Below, piece after piece: positions 8,117-17,274 of a stretch of DNA of 42,560 nucleotides. How positions within the stretch are numbered: the stretch's first letter is position 1; each line of letters opens with the position of its first letter. The notes under the pieces were generated by a model. That model saw nothing but the letters and a program-made list of their open reading frames with translations, did no database searches and had not been told where the DNA came from. Source of the DNA: Pirellulales bacterium (GTDB lineage: Bacteria; Planctomycetota; Planctomycetia; Pirellulales; JAICIG01); NCBI GenBank assembly GCA_035547635.1, contig DASZUP010000583.1, positions 1-42,560 of the forward strand. The letters run 5' to 3'. A program made the translations under genes and the position numbers.

Positions 8117-9013
8117 TTAGGCGTCGCTCTTGACCCCGTAAAACGCCTCGACGGGCAAGCCCGTACGTTCGCTCACGAGCGCCACGAGGGCGTCGACTTC
8201 GGCATCGGTCAGCGGCGCGACGAAGCTCTCTGCCGGCCGCCGGGCGACGGTGTAGATTTGCACCAGCTTCAGCTTTCCGCCCGCTGCGACAATCTCGTTG
8301 AGCCGTTGGCAAAAGGCTTCCAACTCTGCGGCCGGAGGCGCTGCTGCGTTGATGCGCATGAAGAGCGCTTGGATGACCAGCGGGCGTAGTCTGGCTGCAG
8401 CGGCGATGTTGTCCAGAATGCGCTGAAACGGGATCGCCGTTCGCTCCACGAGCTTGAAATACGCTTCCGTGCCGGCCTCGAGCTTGGCCCAGATTTCTCC
8501 CTGGTTGGCGTCGAGAATCGCCAGGCCTCGTTCCACAACGGGGCGGTGGAACATGCTGGCATTGGTGATCAGCACCAATTTGACGTCGTCCAGGCCGTAT
8601 TTGCGTTTCGCTTCGGCGCAGGCGGCGATGATTTCGTCAAAGTTGCGGTAGGTGGTCGGTTCGCCGTCGCCGGAAAAGGCGATGTCGTTCAACCGCCGCA
8701 GGGCCGTCGGCGTGCTCGCGAATTTCTCATGGCGGAACAGCTCGCCCGTGACGACCAGTTGCAGCATGTGGTCGAGTTCGGCCAGCAGTTGCTCGACGCC
8801 AACGAACCGCGTTTCGCTCTGCTCGACGCGATTAACCTGACAATAGATGCAATCGAAGTTACAGATTTTGTCCGGGTTCAGATTGACGCCGATCGAGATC
8901 CCGCCCGAGCGGCGGCTGACGACCGGGTAGACGAACTTGTTCTGCTCGAACGAACGCGGATGCTCGGCGAAAAGCGGCGTGGAGGCGTTGGGTTTTCCAG
9001 CGGACTCGGTCAT
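8117..9013 (-). CDS. radical SAM protein of unknown function (COG0731-like by eye)
   Basis: 'GVNLNPDKICNFDCIYCQV' (CxxxCxxC) and 'FSGDGEPT'. Strong SD 'GAAGGAG' lies 7 nt upstream of ATG 9013. No SPASM-type Cys cluster is visible. Confidence 0.8.
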   Translation of the reverse strand: MTESAGKPNASTPLFAEHPRSFEQNKFVYPVVSRRSGGISIGVNLNPDKICNFDCIYCQVNRVEQSETRFVGVEQLLAELDHMLQLVVTGELFRHEKFASTPTALRRLNDIAFSGDGEPTTYRNFDEIIAACAEAKRKYGLDDVKLVLITNASMFHRPVVERGLAILDANQGEIWAKLEAGTEAYFKLVERTAIPFQRILDNIAAAARLRPLVIQALFMRINAAAPPAAELEAFCQRLNEIVAAGGKLKLVQIYTVARRPAESFVAPLTDAEVDALVALVSERTGLPVEAFYGVKSDA

Positions 9014-9157
9014 GGCAGGCTCCTTCTCCCCTTGGGAGAGCCGGGGTGGTGGCGCACCTCAGTACGAATCCGTGCAAACCAAACTCATCCAATTCTACGG
9101 ACCGCGTCCATAAGTCCTGTCGAGCAAATTACCTCGCGCGCTCAATTCTGGATACCT

Positions 9158-9478
9158 TCAATCTTCGCATTCAAGCTGCTCTGGAAGCACGTCAAAGCGG
9201 TATCCCCCTTCGGTCGCCTCGACATCGAAGGGCTTCTCCGTATCGATCGTGACCACTTCGCGAGCGTCAGGGCCAAGTTTCCGTTCAATAATCTCACAGG
9301 CAATGAAGCCAGGGTAAGGATAGCTGCTATCCGACCAAAGGTCCTCACACGTGAAAATGGGGACTTTATCTACGAACGACCACTCGTGCCCCCACGCATC
9401 GATGAGACGACACTCAACGAAGCCTGGTTGGGCATCGTCAACAAAGCGAACGATATCAACCCGAACTTGAGCCGCCAT
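9158..9478 (-). CDS. hypothetical small acidic protein (106 aa)
   Basis: ATG-initiated ORF with a protein-like, non-repetitive composition ('VDIVRFVDDAQPGFVECRLIDAWGHEWSFVDKVPIF...'). No competing ORF overlaps it. It is visibly less GC-rich than its neighbours. No recognisable motif. Confidence 0.55.
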   Translation of the reverse strand: MAAQVRVDIVRFVDDAQPGFVECRLIDAWGHEWSFVDKVPIFTCEDLWSDSSYPYPGFIACEIIERKLGPDAREVVTIDTEKPFDVEATEGGYRFDVLPEQLECED

Positions 9479-9560
9479 TTGGACGTGCCGCCGTAGAATT
9501 CGAACAGCGAGGAACGAACGGACGCCGCCGCTCCGCCGCTACCCGAGCGGTCGAGGAAGC

Positions 9561-9833
9561 CTAAAGCTTGTTGACTTCGGTGTACTCGTCGATTCGCACG
9601 GTCGTCACCGTGCCGTCGTCCAGCTTCAGCTTGATTTCGTCGCTGAAGACCTTGTCGTCGACGTTGCGGCGATAGTGCAGGCCGTGCCGCCGGCGGCCGA
9701 CGTGTTCGACCGTACCAACCGTCTTGGTCGTCCAGGTCTTTAAGCCGACCTTCACCAGGTGAACGACCTCGATCCGGTCGCCCACGGACAGTTCGTTCAG
9801 CGTTTGCCGCGTGGTTGGTTCAGTGCTTGGCAT
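9561..9833 (-). CDS. hypothetical small protein (90 aa), beta-rich
   Basis: ATG at 9833. The sequence 'LSVGDRIEVVHLVKVGLKTWTTKTVGTVEHVGRRRHGLHYRRNVDDKVFSDEIKLKLDDGTVTTVRIDEY' is protein-like. No motif recognised. Confidence 0.6.
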   Translation of the reverse strand: MPSTEPTTRQTLNELSVGDRIEVVHLVKVGLKTWTTKTVGTVEHVGRRRHGLHYRRNVDDKVFSDEIKLKLDDGTVTTVRIDEYTEVNKL

Positions 9834-9880
9834 AGAGCGTTACTCTCTAGTCTCACGTCGTCCCATGACAAAGGCAAGGG

Positions 9881-9961
9881 CGAATCGAAGTCGGAAGTCG
9901 GAAGTCGGAAGTCGGAACTGCCGGCCTGCTTCCCTGAATTCCGCATTCCGACTTCCGCATT
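9881..9961. repeat. heptamer tandem array (TCGGAAG x4) plus an inverted partner, forming an imperfect long hairpin downstream of ilvC
   Basis: 9891-9918 is TCGGAAG TCGGAAG TCGGAAG TCGGAAC. 9941-9961 is 'ccgcattccgacttccgcatt', whose reverse complement is AATGCGGAAGTCGGAATGCGG. The arms are partially complementary around an ~18-nt spacer. Confidence 0.65.
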
Positions 9962-10003
9962 AGTCTCGCCCTGCCGTCATCCATTCCGCAAAACGCAACC
10001 TGC

Positions 10004-11008
10004 TCAGACCTCTTTGGCGTCGATCCAGCTCATCAGCCGCCGCAAGCGACGGCCGACTTCTTCCAGCATGTGGCCGCGTTCGCGACGGCGCACCGCCTTG
10101 AAAGCGGGAGCGTTGGCCTTGTTCTCCAGGATCCATTCCTTGGCGAACTGGCCGCTCTGGATCTCGTTGAGAATCTTCTTCATTTCGGCCTTGGTCTCAT
10201 CGGTGACGATCCGCGGGCCGCGAGTGTAGTCGCCGAACTCGGCCGTGTTCGACACGCTGTAACGCATGTAGTTCAACCCGCCCTGGTAGAACAGGTCGAC
10301 AATCAACTTCAATTCGTGCATGCACTCGCAGTAGGCCATTTCCGGCTGGTAACCGGCTTCGACCAGCGTCTCGAAGCCCGCCTTGACCAGGGCGCTGACG
10401 CCGCCGCAAAGCACGACCTGTTCGCCGAACAGGTCGGTCTCGGTCTCTTCGGCAAAGCTCGTCTCGATCACGCCGCCGCGCGTGCCGCCGATGCCTTTGG
10501 CGTAGGCCAGGCCCAGCCGGCGAGTTTCATCTGAAGCGCCTTCGCTCAAGGCAATCAAGCAGGGCACGCCGCCCCCCTTCTCGAATTCGCTGCGGACCAG
10601 GTGGCCGGGCCCCTTGGGAGCGACCAGCAGTGCGTCCACGCCCTTGGGCGGCGCAACCTGGCCGAAGTGGACGTTGAAGCCGTGCGAGCACATCAGCACG
10701 TTGCCCGGCTTCAGATGGGGCTGCACGCTCTGGCGATAAATGTCGCCCTGCACTTCGTCCGGCAGCAGCATGTTGATCAGGTCGCCCTGCTCGGTGGCTT
10801 CTTCGGCCGAAACCGGTTTGAAGCCGTGGCTCACCGCCAGGTCGTAGTTGGCGCTGCCGGGCCGCTGGCCGACGACTACGTTGCAGCCGCTGTCTCGCAG
10901 GTTCTGGGCATGTGCGTGGCCTTGCGAGCCGTAGCCCAGGATGGCGATGGTCTTGCCTTTGAGGAGCGAAAGGTCGGCGTCTTTGTCGTAGTAGATTGTG
11001 GCGGGCAT
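10004..11008 (-). CDS. ilvC: ketol-acid reductoisomerase
   Basis: '[47 protein letters not shown]' and full-length class I KARI similarity throughout. Confidence 0.97.
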   Translation of the reverse strand: MPATIYYDKDADLSLLKGKTIAILGYGSQGHAHAQNLRDSGCNVVVGQRPGSANYDLAVSHGFKPVSAEEATEQGDLINMLLPDEVQGDIYRQSVQPHLKPGNVLMCSHGFNVHFGQVAPPKGVDALLVAPKGPGHLVRSEFEKGGGVPCLIALSEGASDETRRLGLAYAKGIGGTRGGVIETSFAEETETDLFGEQVVLCGGVSALVKAGFETLVEAGYQPEMAYCECMHELKLIVDLFYQGGLNYMRYSVSNTAEFGDYTRGPRIVTDETKAEMKKILNEIQSGQFAKEWILENKANAPAFKAVRRRERGHMLEEVGRRLRRLMSWIDAKEV

Positions 11009-11070
11009 GGTGATTCCAAAGCAGGTTCGTGAATGAATTTCGGGGAGGCGGCCGCAGCAGCGTGCAGGCG

Positions 11071-11565
11071 TTATTCGGCCGCGGCCAGGTCGCCGCGGAC
11101 CATGGCAATCCGGCCGGTCCGCACCAGTTCCTTGATGCCCAGCGGTCGCATCAAGTCAATAAACGCTTCGATCTTGCGCTCGGGGCCGGAGATTTCGATC
11201 ATCACGTCGTCCGGTCCGACGTCGACCACCCGGCCGCGAAAGATCTCCGCCAGTTCCTTGACTTCGCTGCGGCCGGCGCCTGACGACGCCTTGACCTTGA
11301 TCAGCATCAGATCGCGCTCGACGAAGTCCTGCGAACTGATGTCGATCACCTTGACGACGGTGACGATCTTCTCCAGTTGTTTGCGGACCTGTTCCAGTAC
11401 GCTGTCGTCCCCCACGACGACAAAGGTCATCCGCGACAATTGGGCGTCTTCGGTCTCGCCGACCGCCAGGCTGTCGATATTGTAGCCGCGTGAGGCGAGC
11501 ATTCCGGAGATGTGCGCCAGCACTCCCGGAACGTTCTGCACCACCGCCGAAAGCACATGACGCAT
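11071..11565 (-). CDS. ilvH: acetolactate synthase small (regulatory) subunit
   Basis: ACT-domain N-terminus '[50 protein letters not shown]' and C-terminal 'ALS_ss_C'-like '[13 protein letters not shown]'. Start at internal ATG 11565. Confidence 0.93.
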   Translation of the reverse strand: MRHVLSAVVQNVPGVLAHISGMLASRGYNIDSLAVGETEDAQLSRMTFVVVGDDSVLEQVRKQLEKIVTVVKVIDISSQDFVERDLMLIKVKASSGAGRSEVKELAEIFRGRVVDVGPDDVMIEISGPERKIEAFIDLMRPLGIKELVRTGRIAMVRGDLAAAE

Positions 11566-11600
11566 GTCCAACTCCAAGCACCAAAGAAACTCACATGGTA

Positions 11601-11636
11601 GCCGTCCCCCCTGGCGCCAACAAGGGGGCGGACGGC
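11601..11636 (-). promoter_or_regulatory. strong GC stem-loop in the dinB-like 3' / ilvH 5' leader region (terminator or leader structure)
   Basis: 'gccgtcccccc tggcgccaacaa gggggcggacggc' forms an ~12-bp stem with one bulge. It sits 36 nt upstream of the ilvH start and 61 nt downstream of the upstream gene stop. A TTTCTTT tract follows about 12 nt later on the minus strand. Confidence 0.4.
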
Positions 11637-11696
11637 GCGGGGACCGGCGGCGGTTGGAACGCCGCGAATTCCGCTTTTTCCCTCCGCCTCTTGGCG

Positions 11697-12188
11697 TCAA
11701 AAGAGGGGCTTACGGCCCAGTTTACGGCGAACGACGGCCCATTGGCCGGCGTGCATCAACAGGTGGCTGCCCTGAATGCTGAACAAATCGCCGATGTTGT
11801 TGAGGTAGCTGCGGAAGGCCTCGGGAGCCGGCTGATCCAAATCGGACTCGGAAACGCTTTCCAGCTTTTTCAGGGCAGCTTCACGCTGCTGGGTCATCAG
11901 CTTCAGGTACTCGTCCTTCTTGAAGAATGCAGCCGGATCGTCGATGGCGGCCGTCTCGGGCGTGTGCTTCTCTGCAAAGCCTGCGGGCAGCGGCTGCATC
12001 GTGCCGGGAAACGCCGTGTCGAACATCTTTTGCGACGAGACGATCAAGTGACCGAGTTGCCAGGCGATATGGTTGGCCCCCGGCACGGGTCGCACCAGCA
12101 AGTCGGCGTCGGTCAGATCCTGCAGATAGTTCGTCGCCACGAAATGGGCCATTTCGATCAAGCCGCGGATGGCTTGCTGAGCATTCAT
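11697..12188 (-). CDS. DinB-family (four-helix bundle, metal-dependent) protein
   Basis: 'ATNYLQDLTDADLLVRPVPGANHIAWQLGHLIVS' ... 'HLLMHAGQWAVVRRKLG' shows the typical DinB_2 His triad spacing. ATG at 12188 with GGAG 8-9 nt upstream. Confidence 0.8.
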   Translation of the reverse strand: MNAQQAIRGLIEMAHFVATNYLQDLTDADLLVRPVPGANHIAWQLGHLIVSSQKMFDTAFPGTMQPLPAGFAEKHTPETAAIDDPAAFFKKDEYLKLMTQQREAALKKLESVSESDLDQPAPEAFRSYLNNIGDLFSIQGSHLLMHAGQWAVVRRKLGRKPLF

Positions 12189-12312
12189 TGAAAAAACTCC
12201 GTCAGAGAGACAGGAAAATCCGGAGCCCAAAGTTTACGGCTCAAGGCGCAAGCTTCAAGGCGGTGCGGCAATGGCCTCCCGCAAGCGCCCTGCTGAAAGC
12301 TGCGCCAGGAGC

Positions 12313-13980
12313 TCAGTCCGCCGCCAAAGGGTCAATGACCGGCTGCGGCGGATGCCGCTCGAGTTCGACCAACTCGTCTTCTTCCACCACGCGCTTCGGC
12401 CTGGCGATGCGCACTTGCCGCACGGCATTGATCACGCTGGGCATGTTGGCCAGAAAAACGATCGCAGCGACAATTGGCAAGATCGTCAGCAGCGCGACGA
12501 CCTCTCCGGTCAGGGCTTTCGCCTCGATGACCTCAACCAGCGACCAGAAGGGATTGCTGATTTCGATGAGCGAATAATCGCGCCGCAGGTCGACCATCAT
12601 CAGGTGAATGGTCAACGGGACGCCGCAGCCCAACAGCACCATCAGCACCTGGCACAACACGCTCAGCAGCATGCTCGGGTGGCGCAGCCAGCGCAACCCT
12701 GCCGCAAGCAAGCGGCCCAGTCCCAGGTAGATGATGAGATAACACAATTCCACGACCGCAAACGCCATGACCGTCTGATGCGCGGCGGCGCCGAGCCAGC
12801 CCGAGGCGCGGCCGGAGAAGAAGAGGAGATTCGCCAGTACGGCCGTCCCGGCCAGCAGGCAGACCGCGAAAAAGTTCACAACCGCAAACAGGTAACCCGT
12901 GGCCGGGCCGGGGTTAAACCAGGTCAAGAACGTCCGGCCCAGAAAACTCTGCGGCAACTGCCGCTTGACGCGAGCCGACATTTCGGTCGATTCGCTGTTC
13001 ATGAACACGCCCATCACCGCCCAGTAAAAACCGCTGTCCATCAGATAGAACAGCGGGATTTCCAGATCGCCTCGCTCATGCAAAAAACCCCAGCCCATCC
13101 AGCCGGTGAACAGTGCTTGCTGGGAGAGCATGACGACGCGCAGCAGGCTGGAGCGGTTATCGCTGGCGAACGTCAACTGCGCCGAAGCGACGCAGAACAA
13201 AAGCACAAAATAGCTGGTGAACGCGGTCAGCAATGCCGCATTGAAGGTCCAAAAGTCCGCATCCTGAAACGGAATTGGATTTCGGGCCAGCCCGTCCAAG
13301 ACCATCGCCATGCCAATGAAGAAGCACCACCCCAGTCCGAACAGGAGCAGCACCGACAGCACAATCTGCCAGTGCTTTTCCGTCGTGGCGGTCGCGGCGA
13401 CCAGTCCTACGACGGACAGTCCTAACGAGGCCAGAAAGGCGCAGTAAAGCACAAACACGACCGTGGCCATGTCAATGCCTTTGAGCATGTACGTGAAGGC
13501 CAGGCAGGGCGACACGGCCGAGAAATAGACCAGCATCTGCAGCACGGCGCTGCCCAGCTTGCCGCTGACGATCTGCCGCGGCCGAAGCGTGGTGACCGAG
13601 AGCAGTTCGTAGGTGCCGTCCTCCCGTTCGGCCGCCAGCGAGCGGAAGGCGCCGAACGGCACGATCACCAGCAGCGGAAACGCCAGGATCACGAAATAGC
13701 CCGAGAACATGTCATAGCCGTGCGAGCCATGGTAGATGTCCGGGCCGATCATCGACACGCCCAGCATCGACCAGCCCCACGCGCAGGCCAGCACCAGCGT
13801 AAAGGTGATGCCGAACTGCCGGCTTTTGAGCGCTTGCCGCGTCTCTTTCACCAGGATCGGGTTGAGCCATTCGCTGGCGCGCAGCGCCGCCGCGTCGAAC
13901 CGGTCCCACCAGGCTCTCCGCGCCGGCGCTTCGACGGGTTCCTCTCGCGGGCCGGACAGCGATGATTCGAGCGTGGTCAT
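12313..13980 (-). CDS. ABC-2-type transporter permease-like polytopic membrane protein (555 aa)
   Basis: 'NPILVKETRQALKSRQF' entry motif is typical of ABC-2/GldF/NosY-like permeases, followed by many hydrophobic helices. Its ATG overlaps the ATPase stop in ATGA (13977-13980). Confidence 0.8.
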   Translation of the reverse strand: MTTLESSLSGPREEPVEAPARRAWWDRFDAAALRASEWLNPILVKETRQALKSRQFGITFTLVLACAWGWSMLGVSMIGPDIYHGSHGYDMFSGYFVILAFPLLVIVPFGAFRSLAAEREDGTYELLSVTTLRPRQIVSGKLGSAVLQMLVYFSAVSPCLAFTYMLKGIDMATVVFVLYCAFLASLGLSVVGLVAATATTEKHWQIVLSVLLLFGLGWCFFIGMAMVLDGLARNPIPFQDADFWTFNAALLTAFTSYFVLLFCVASAQLTFASDNRSSLLRVVMLSQQALFTGWMGWGFLHERGDLEIPLFYLMDSGFYWAVMGVFMNSESTEMSARVKRQLPQSFLGRTFLTWFNPGPATGYLFAVVNFFAVCLLAGTAVLANLLFFSGRASGWLGAAAHQTVMAFAVVELCYLIIYLGLGRLLAAGLRWLRHPSMLLSVLCQVLMVLLGCGVPLTIHLMMVDLRRDYSLIEISNPFWSLVEVIEAKALTGEVVALLTILPIVAAIVFLANMPSVINAVRQVRIARPKRVVEEDELVELERHPPQPVIDPLAAD

Positions 13981-14927
13981 TGGACGTGCCCGCGAGTAAC
14001 GTGCATGAACACTTCTTCCAACGACCGCGTCTGACTGCCGTATGCGATCACCCGGAAACGGGCTTCGATCATCTCTCGCAGCAACTGAGCTTCGGCCTCC
14101 TGGTTGCCCAGATGTTCAAAAACAATTCGTTCGCCGTCGATCGAGATTTCTTGGACATCGTCGCGGGCCGTCAGCCACTGGCCGAGCGCGGCGGAGTCTC
14201 CCAGCACGCGGACCTGCATGGACGTGGCGTGCAGGGCCTGCTGACCGCGCCGGATCTCCGCCACGTCTCCCACGGCCAGCAAGCGCCCTTGTTCGATGAT
14301 GCCGACCTGATCGCACATTTCGGCCAGCTCAGTCAGGATGTGCGAGCTGATCAGAATCGCCTTGCCGTCGGCGGCCAGCTGGCGAATCATCTCGCGCAGT
14401 TGGATGCGGGCCCGAGGATCAAGCCCGGCGGCCGGCTCGTCGAGAATCATGACGGCCGGATCATGGATCATGGCGCGGCCCAGGCAGAGCCGCTGCTTCA
14501 TGCCTTTCGACAGCCCGTCGATCGGCTTGTCGGCCAGCGTGTCGAGCTTGGTGAAGCTCATCACGTAGCTCATCGCCCGCGTGCGCTCGGCGCCGCGCAA
14601 GCCGTAGGCCCGGGCGAAAAAGTCGAGATACTCTCGCACGTTCACGTTGGAGTACGTGCCGAAATAGTCGGGCATGAAGCCCAGGCGGAACCGCACGCGG
14701 TCGGGGTCGTTGACGACGGAAAACCCGTCGACGAAGGCGTCGCCCGCCGTCGGCTGGTCCAGCGTGGCCAGAATCCGCATGCTGGTCGTCTTGCCCGCGC
14801 CGTTGGGTCCGATATAGCCGAACACCTGGCCGCGGCCGACGGCAAAGCTGACGTCGTTCACCGCGCGCGTCGGCCCAAAGCAGCGATGCAGATTGCGGAG
14901 CTCGATCATCGGGCGGCTATCGATCAT
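13977..14927 (-). CDS. ABC transporter ATP-binding protein
   Basis: Walker A 'GPNGAGKTT', signature 'LSKGMKQRL', Walker B 'MILDEP', H-loop 'ILISSHIL', plus a ~90-aa C-terminal extension. Start is ambiguous: ATG 14927 is preferred, with a TTG at 14948 and an ATG at 14909 as alternatives. Confidence 0.9.
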   Translation of the reverse strand: MIDSRPMIELRNLHRCFGPTRAVNDVSFAVGRGQVFGYIGPNGAGKTTSMRILATLDQPTAGDAFVDGFSVVNDPDRVRFRLGFMPDYFGTYSNVNVREYLDFFARAYGLRGAERTRAMSYVMSFTKLDTLADKPIDGLSKGMKQRLCLGRAMIHDPAVMILDEPAAGLDPRARIQLREMIRQLAADGKAILISSHILTELAEMCDQVGIIEQGRLLAVGDVAEIRRGQQALHATSMQVRVLGDSAALGQWLTARDDVQEISIDGERIVFEHLGNQEAEAQLLREMIEARFRVIAYGSQTRSLEEVFMHVTRGHVQ

Positions 14928-14934
14928 CGCCTGT

Positions 14935-17229
14935 TCACCACTTCCCAACGATCACGTGCAAGCTCCCCGCTTCTTCGTACGAGTCGATCCCATATTCCGC
15001 CTCGGGCGAGCGTTCGACGATTGCCAGGTAGCTGCGCGGCCGCAAACCGGCCGGCGCGCCCCCTTGCATCCGCGAAAGCTGCAACAGGGCCGCTTCCAAC
15101 TCCCGTTCCAGAATGCTCGTGCGCAGGGCGGCGGGCGGCAGCAGGTTGTTCCAAGGCGAAGTCCAACGATAAAATCGTCCGGTCATGAACCGCGACATGG
15201 TGCGATCAAAGCCGGGCGGAATGGCCGGGTGCAGGCGGTTGTATTGTTGGCGATACCACGTCCCCTCGTCAGATAGCGAGGCGGTCTCCAGAGTCTGGGC
15301 GCCGCCCGTCGGAAGCGATTCCGCGCGGAATTGATTGCCTTCCGCATCGGCGATGAGCAGCCGTTCGATGCGCACGCCCAGTTGGTTCTCCACGTTGGGC
15401 GGAGCCCCCAGAGAAGTCTGCTTGACTTTCAGCCGGGCCTCAGTCGCGCGCGAGCGAACCGTAAGAAATTGCGTGGGGGTCCGCGACGCAATCCAGCCGC
15501 TGACCAGCGTTTGTTTGCCAGCAGACCAGGTCAAGGCGCGGCGCCGCATTTCGCCGTTCCGCTGGTTGGGATCCTGCGGCAGCAGGGGCAGCACCGCCAC
15601 GTCGTCCGAAAACGCCAAGCCGCCGCTCGGCGCCAGCCCCGCATAATACGAGATCCGCGCCCAACTTGCGGCCTCGCCCGTGCGCTGATCAAGCAGCGTG
15701 AACGAACGGGCGCGAACTCGGATGCCGAACCCATCGACCGCCACGGCATACGCGAACAAGGCCATGGTCACCAGCGCCGCCGACAGCGGCACAGCCAGGA
15801 CCAGCAGGTGCAATCTTCCCCGGCGGCGCAGCCACCAATAGTTCAGCGGCCCAATGCCGATCACAAAGGCGGTGATCAGCACCTGAAACGCCGTCACGGG
15901 CGCCAACCCTACGCCCGGAATAGGCCAGTCCCAAAAATCATGGTTTTCGCGTTGCGGGGAGAGGCCGTGACGCAGATACCAGACCCAGCGTTCGTGCCCG
16001 ATGGAATTCAGCAGGCCTTGCCACTGGTCGCTCGCTTGCGCAAACAGGTCGTCTGCGGCGACGGCCACGACCAGGCCCAAGGCGTGTCGGCGCATGACGA
16101 ACGGCGGATCGTGCACCGGCGGTTGCGGCTTGGGCGGCGGCTGCGTCGCCGCGGCCGCTTGCCCGCCGGGCGCCATTCCCGGCATGGCCCCGGCGGGCGC
16201 TCCGCCGGCAGGCAAACCGACGGTTGCTGCCGCCGCGTTGAGGTTACTGGCGCCAAACGGCGCGGGAATACTTCTTTTGAAGCTTTCCGGCGCCGGCGCA
16301 ACCCAGCCGCGGGCCACAGGGTCGGCGTTCGCCGCGGCATCACGCGGCTCGCCCAACAACCGTTCCAGTTCGGCCAGTTCGGGAGCATCGCTGACGACGC
16401 CGGAAACCAGCAGGTTGCCGCCGGCGGCCGTCCAGGCGCGTAGTGCGTTCCAACGGCCAGGCTCCTCGGCGGCCATCTGTTTTGCCTGGGCCAACGTGAG
16501 GCAGACGATATCTAACCCCGAGTAGTCAATCCAGGCTTGCGGCAGTTGGTCAAGCGGCAGCGTCAGGGAGGTGGCAAGATGCGTCACGGCGGTTAGCGGC
16601 GTGGCGCCGCCCATGCCAACGGCAACTTGTGGATCAGAGGGCGCCAGTAGCGAAGCAAGCGTTGCCGTGCGGGCGTCTGGAGTCGTCGTCGCCAGGCCCA
16701 ACACCGGAATTCCCGCCGGCACGGCCGGCAGTGCCGGCGACACGGCCGGTTTGTCGGCCACAATCAGCACGTTTGGCGCTCCCTCGGCCCAGTCCTGCCC
16801 GGTGGAGACGTTGATGCGCTGCTGCGAAAGATCCTCCAGGTAGCGGCCGTCCTCCCAAATATCGAGGTTGTAGTACTGCCAGGAGAAGTACTGCGGCACG
16901 CGCAGGGTTGCTTCGGACTCGAGTTTGCCCGCCGGCAGTTCCAGCTCTTGGCTGACAATCACGGTTCGGGGGTTGTAGGGCGTTCCCGCCTCGAATTCGA
17001 CGTGGAAACTCCGGTCGGCCTGCGATGGGGCTGCCGTGATGACGCGAACTTTGACCGGGCGATAGCCGCCGCTATCAAGCCACTGGGCGTCGACGGCAAG
17101 GCTCAAGCCTTTCCATTTAGAGACGTTCAGACGGCCGGTGGCGGCGTGGAGCGGGCCCGCAACAAGCACGAAAGCCGCCGCCAGGACGAGCTTCGCACCC
17201 CAATCGCGTCCACTCCTCGACCCCTGCAT
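14935..17229 (-). CDS. large uncharacterised membrane protein (764 aa): signal peptide, ~430-aa ectodomain, Ala/Pro/Gly linker, 2-3 TM helices, ~260-aa C-terminal domain
   Basis: ATG 17229. N-terminus 'AKLVLAAAFVLVAGPLHAA'. Central TM block 'VTAFQVLITAFVIGIGPLNYWWLRRRGRLHLLVLAVPLSAALVTMALFAYAVAV'. It ends 7-14 nt from the ABC ATPase start. No catalytic motif recognised. Confidence 0.8.
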   Translation of the reverse strand: MQGSRSGRDWGAKLVLAAAFVLVAGPLHAATGRLNVSKWKGLSLAVDAQWLDSGGYRPVKVRVITAAPSQADRSFHVEFEAGTPYNPRTVIVSQELELPAGKLESEATLRVPQYFSWQYYNLDIWEDGRYLEDLSQQRINVSTGQDWAEGAPNVLIVADKPAVSPALPAVPAGIPVLGLATTTPDARTATLASLLAPSDPQVAVGMGGATPLTAVTHLATSLTLPLDQLPQAWIDYSGLDIVCLTLAQAKQMAAEEPGRWNALRAWTAAGGNLLVSGVVSDAPELAELERLLGEPRDAAANADPVARGWVAPAPESFKRSIPAPFGASNLNAAAATVGLPAGGAPAGAMPGMAPGGQAAAATQPPPKPQPPVHDPPFVMRRHALGLVVAVAADDLFAQASDQWQGLLNSIGHERWVWYLRHGLSPQRENHDFWDWPIPGVGLAPVTAFQVLITAFVIGIGPLNYWWLRRRGRLHLLVLAVPLSAALVTMALFAYAVAVDGFGIRVRARSFTLLDQRTGEAASWARISYYAGLAPSGGLAFSDDVAVLPLLPQDPNQRNGEMRRRALTWSAGKQTLVSGWIASRTPTQFLTVRSRATEARLKVKQTSLGAPPNVENQLGVRIERLLIADAEGNQFRAESLPTGGAQTLETASLSDEGTWYRQQYNRLHPAIPPGFDRTMSRFMTGRFYRWTSPWNNLLPPAALRTSILERELEAALLQLSRMQGGAPAGLRPRSYLAIVERSPEAEYGIDSYEEAGSLHVIVGKW

Positions 17230-17274
17230 GGCGCCCGGACTCCGAATGCGCTCTTTGAATCTGTTCTCCGCCGA

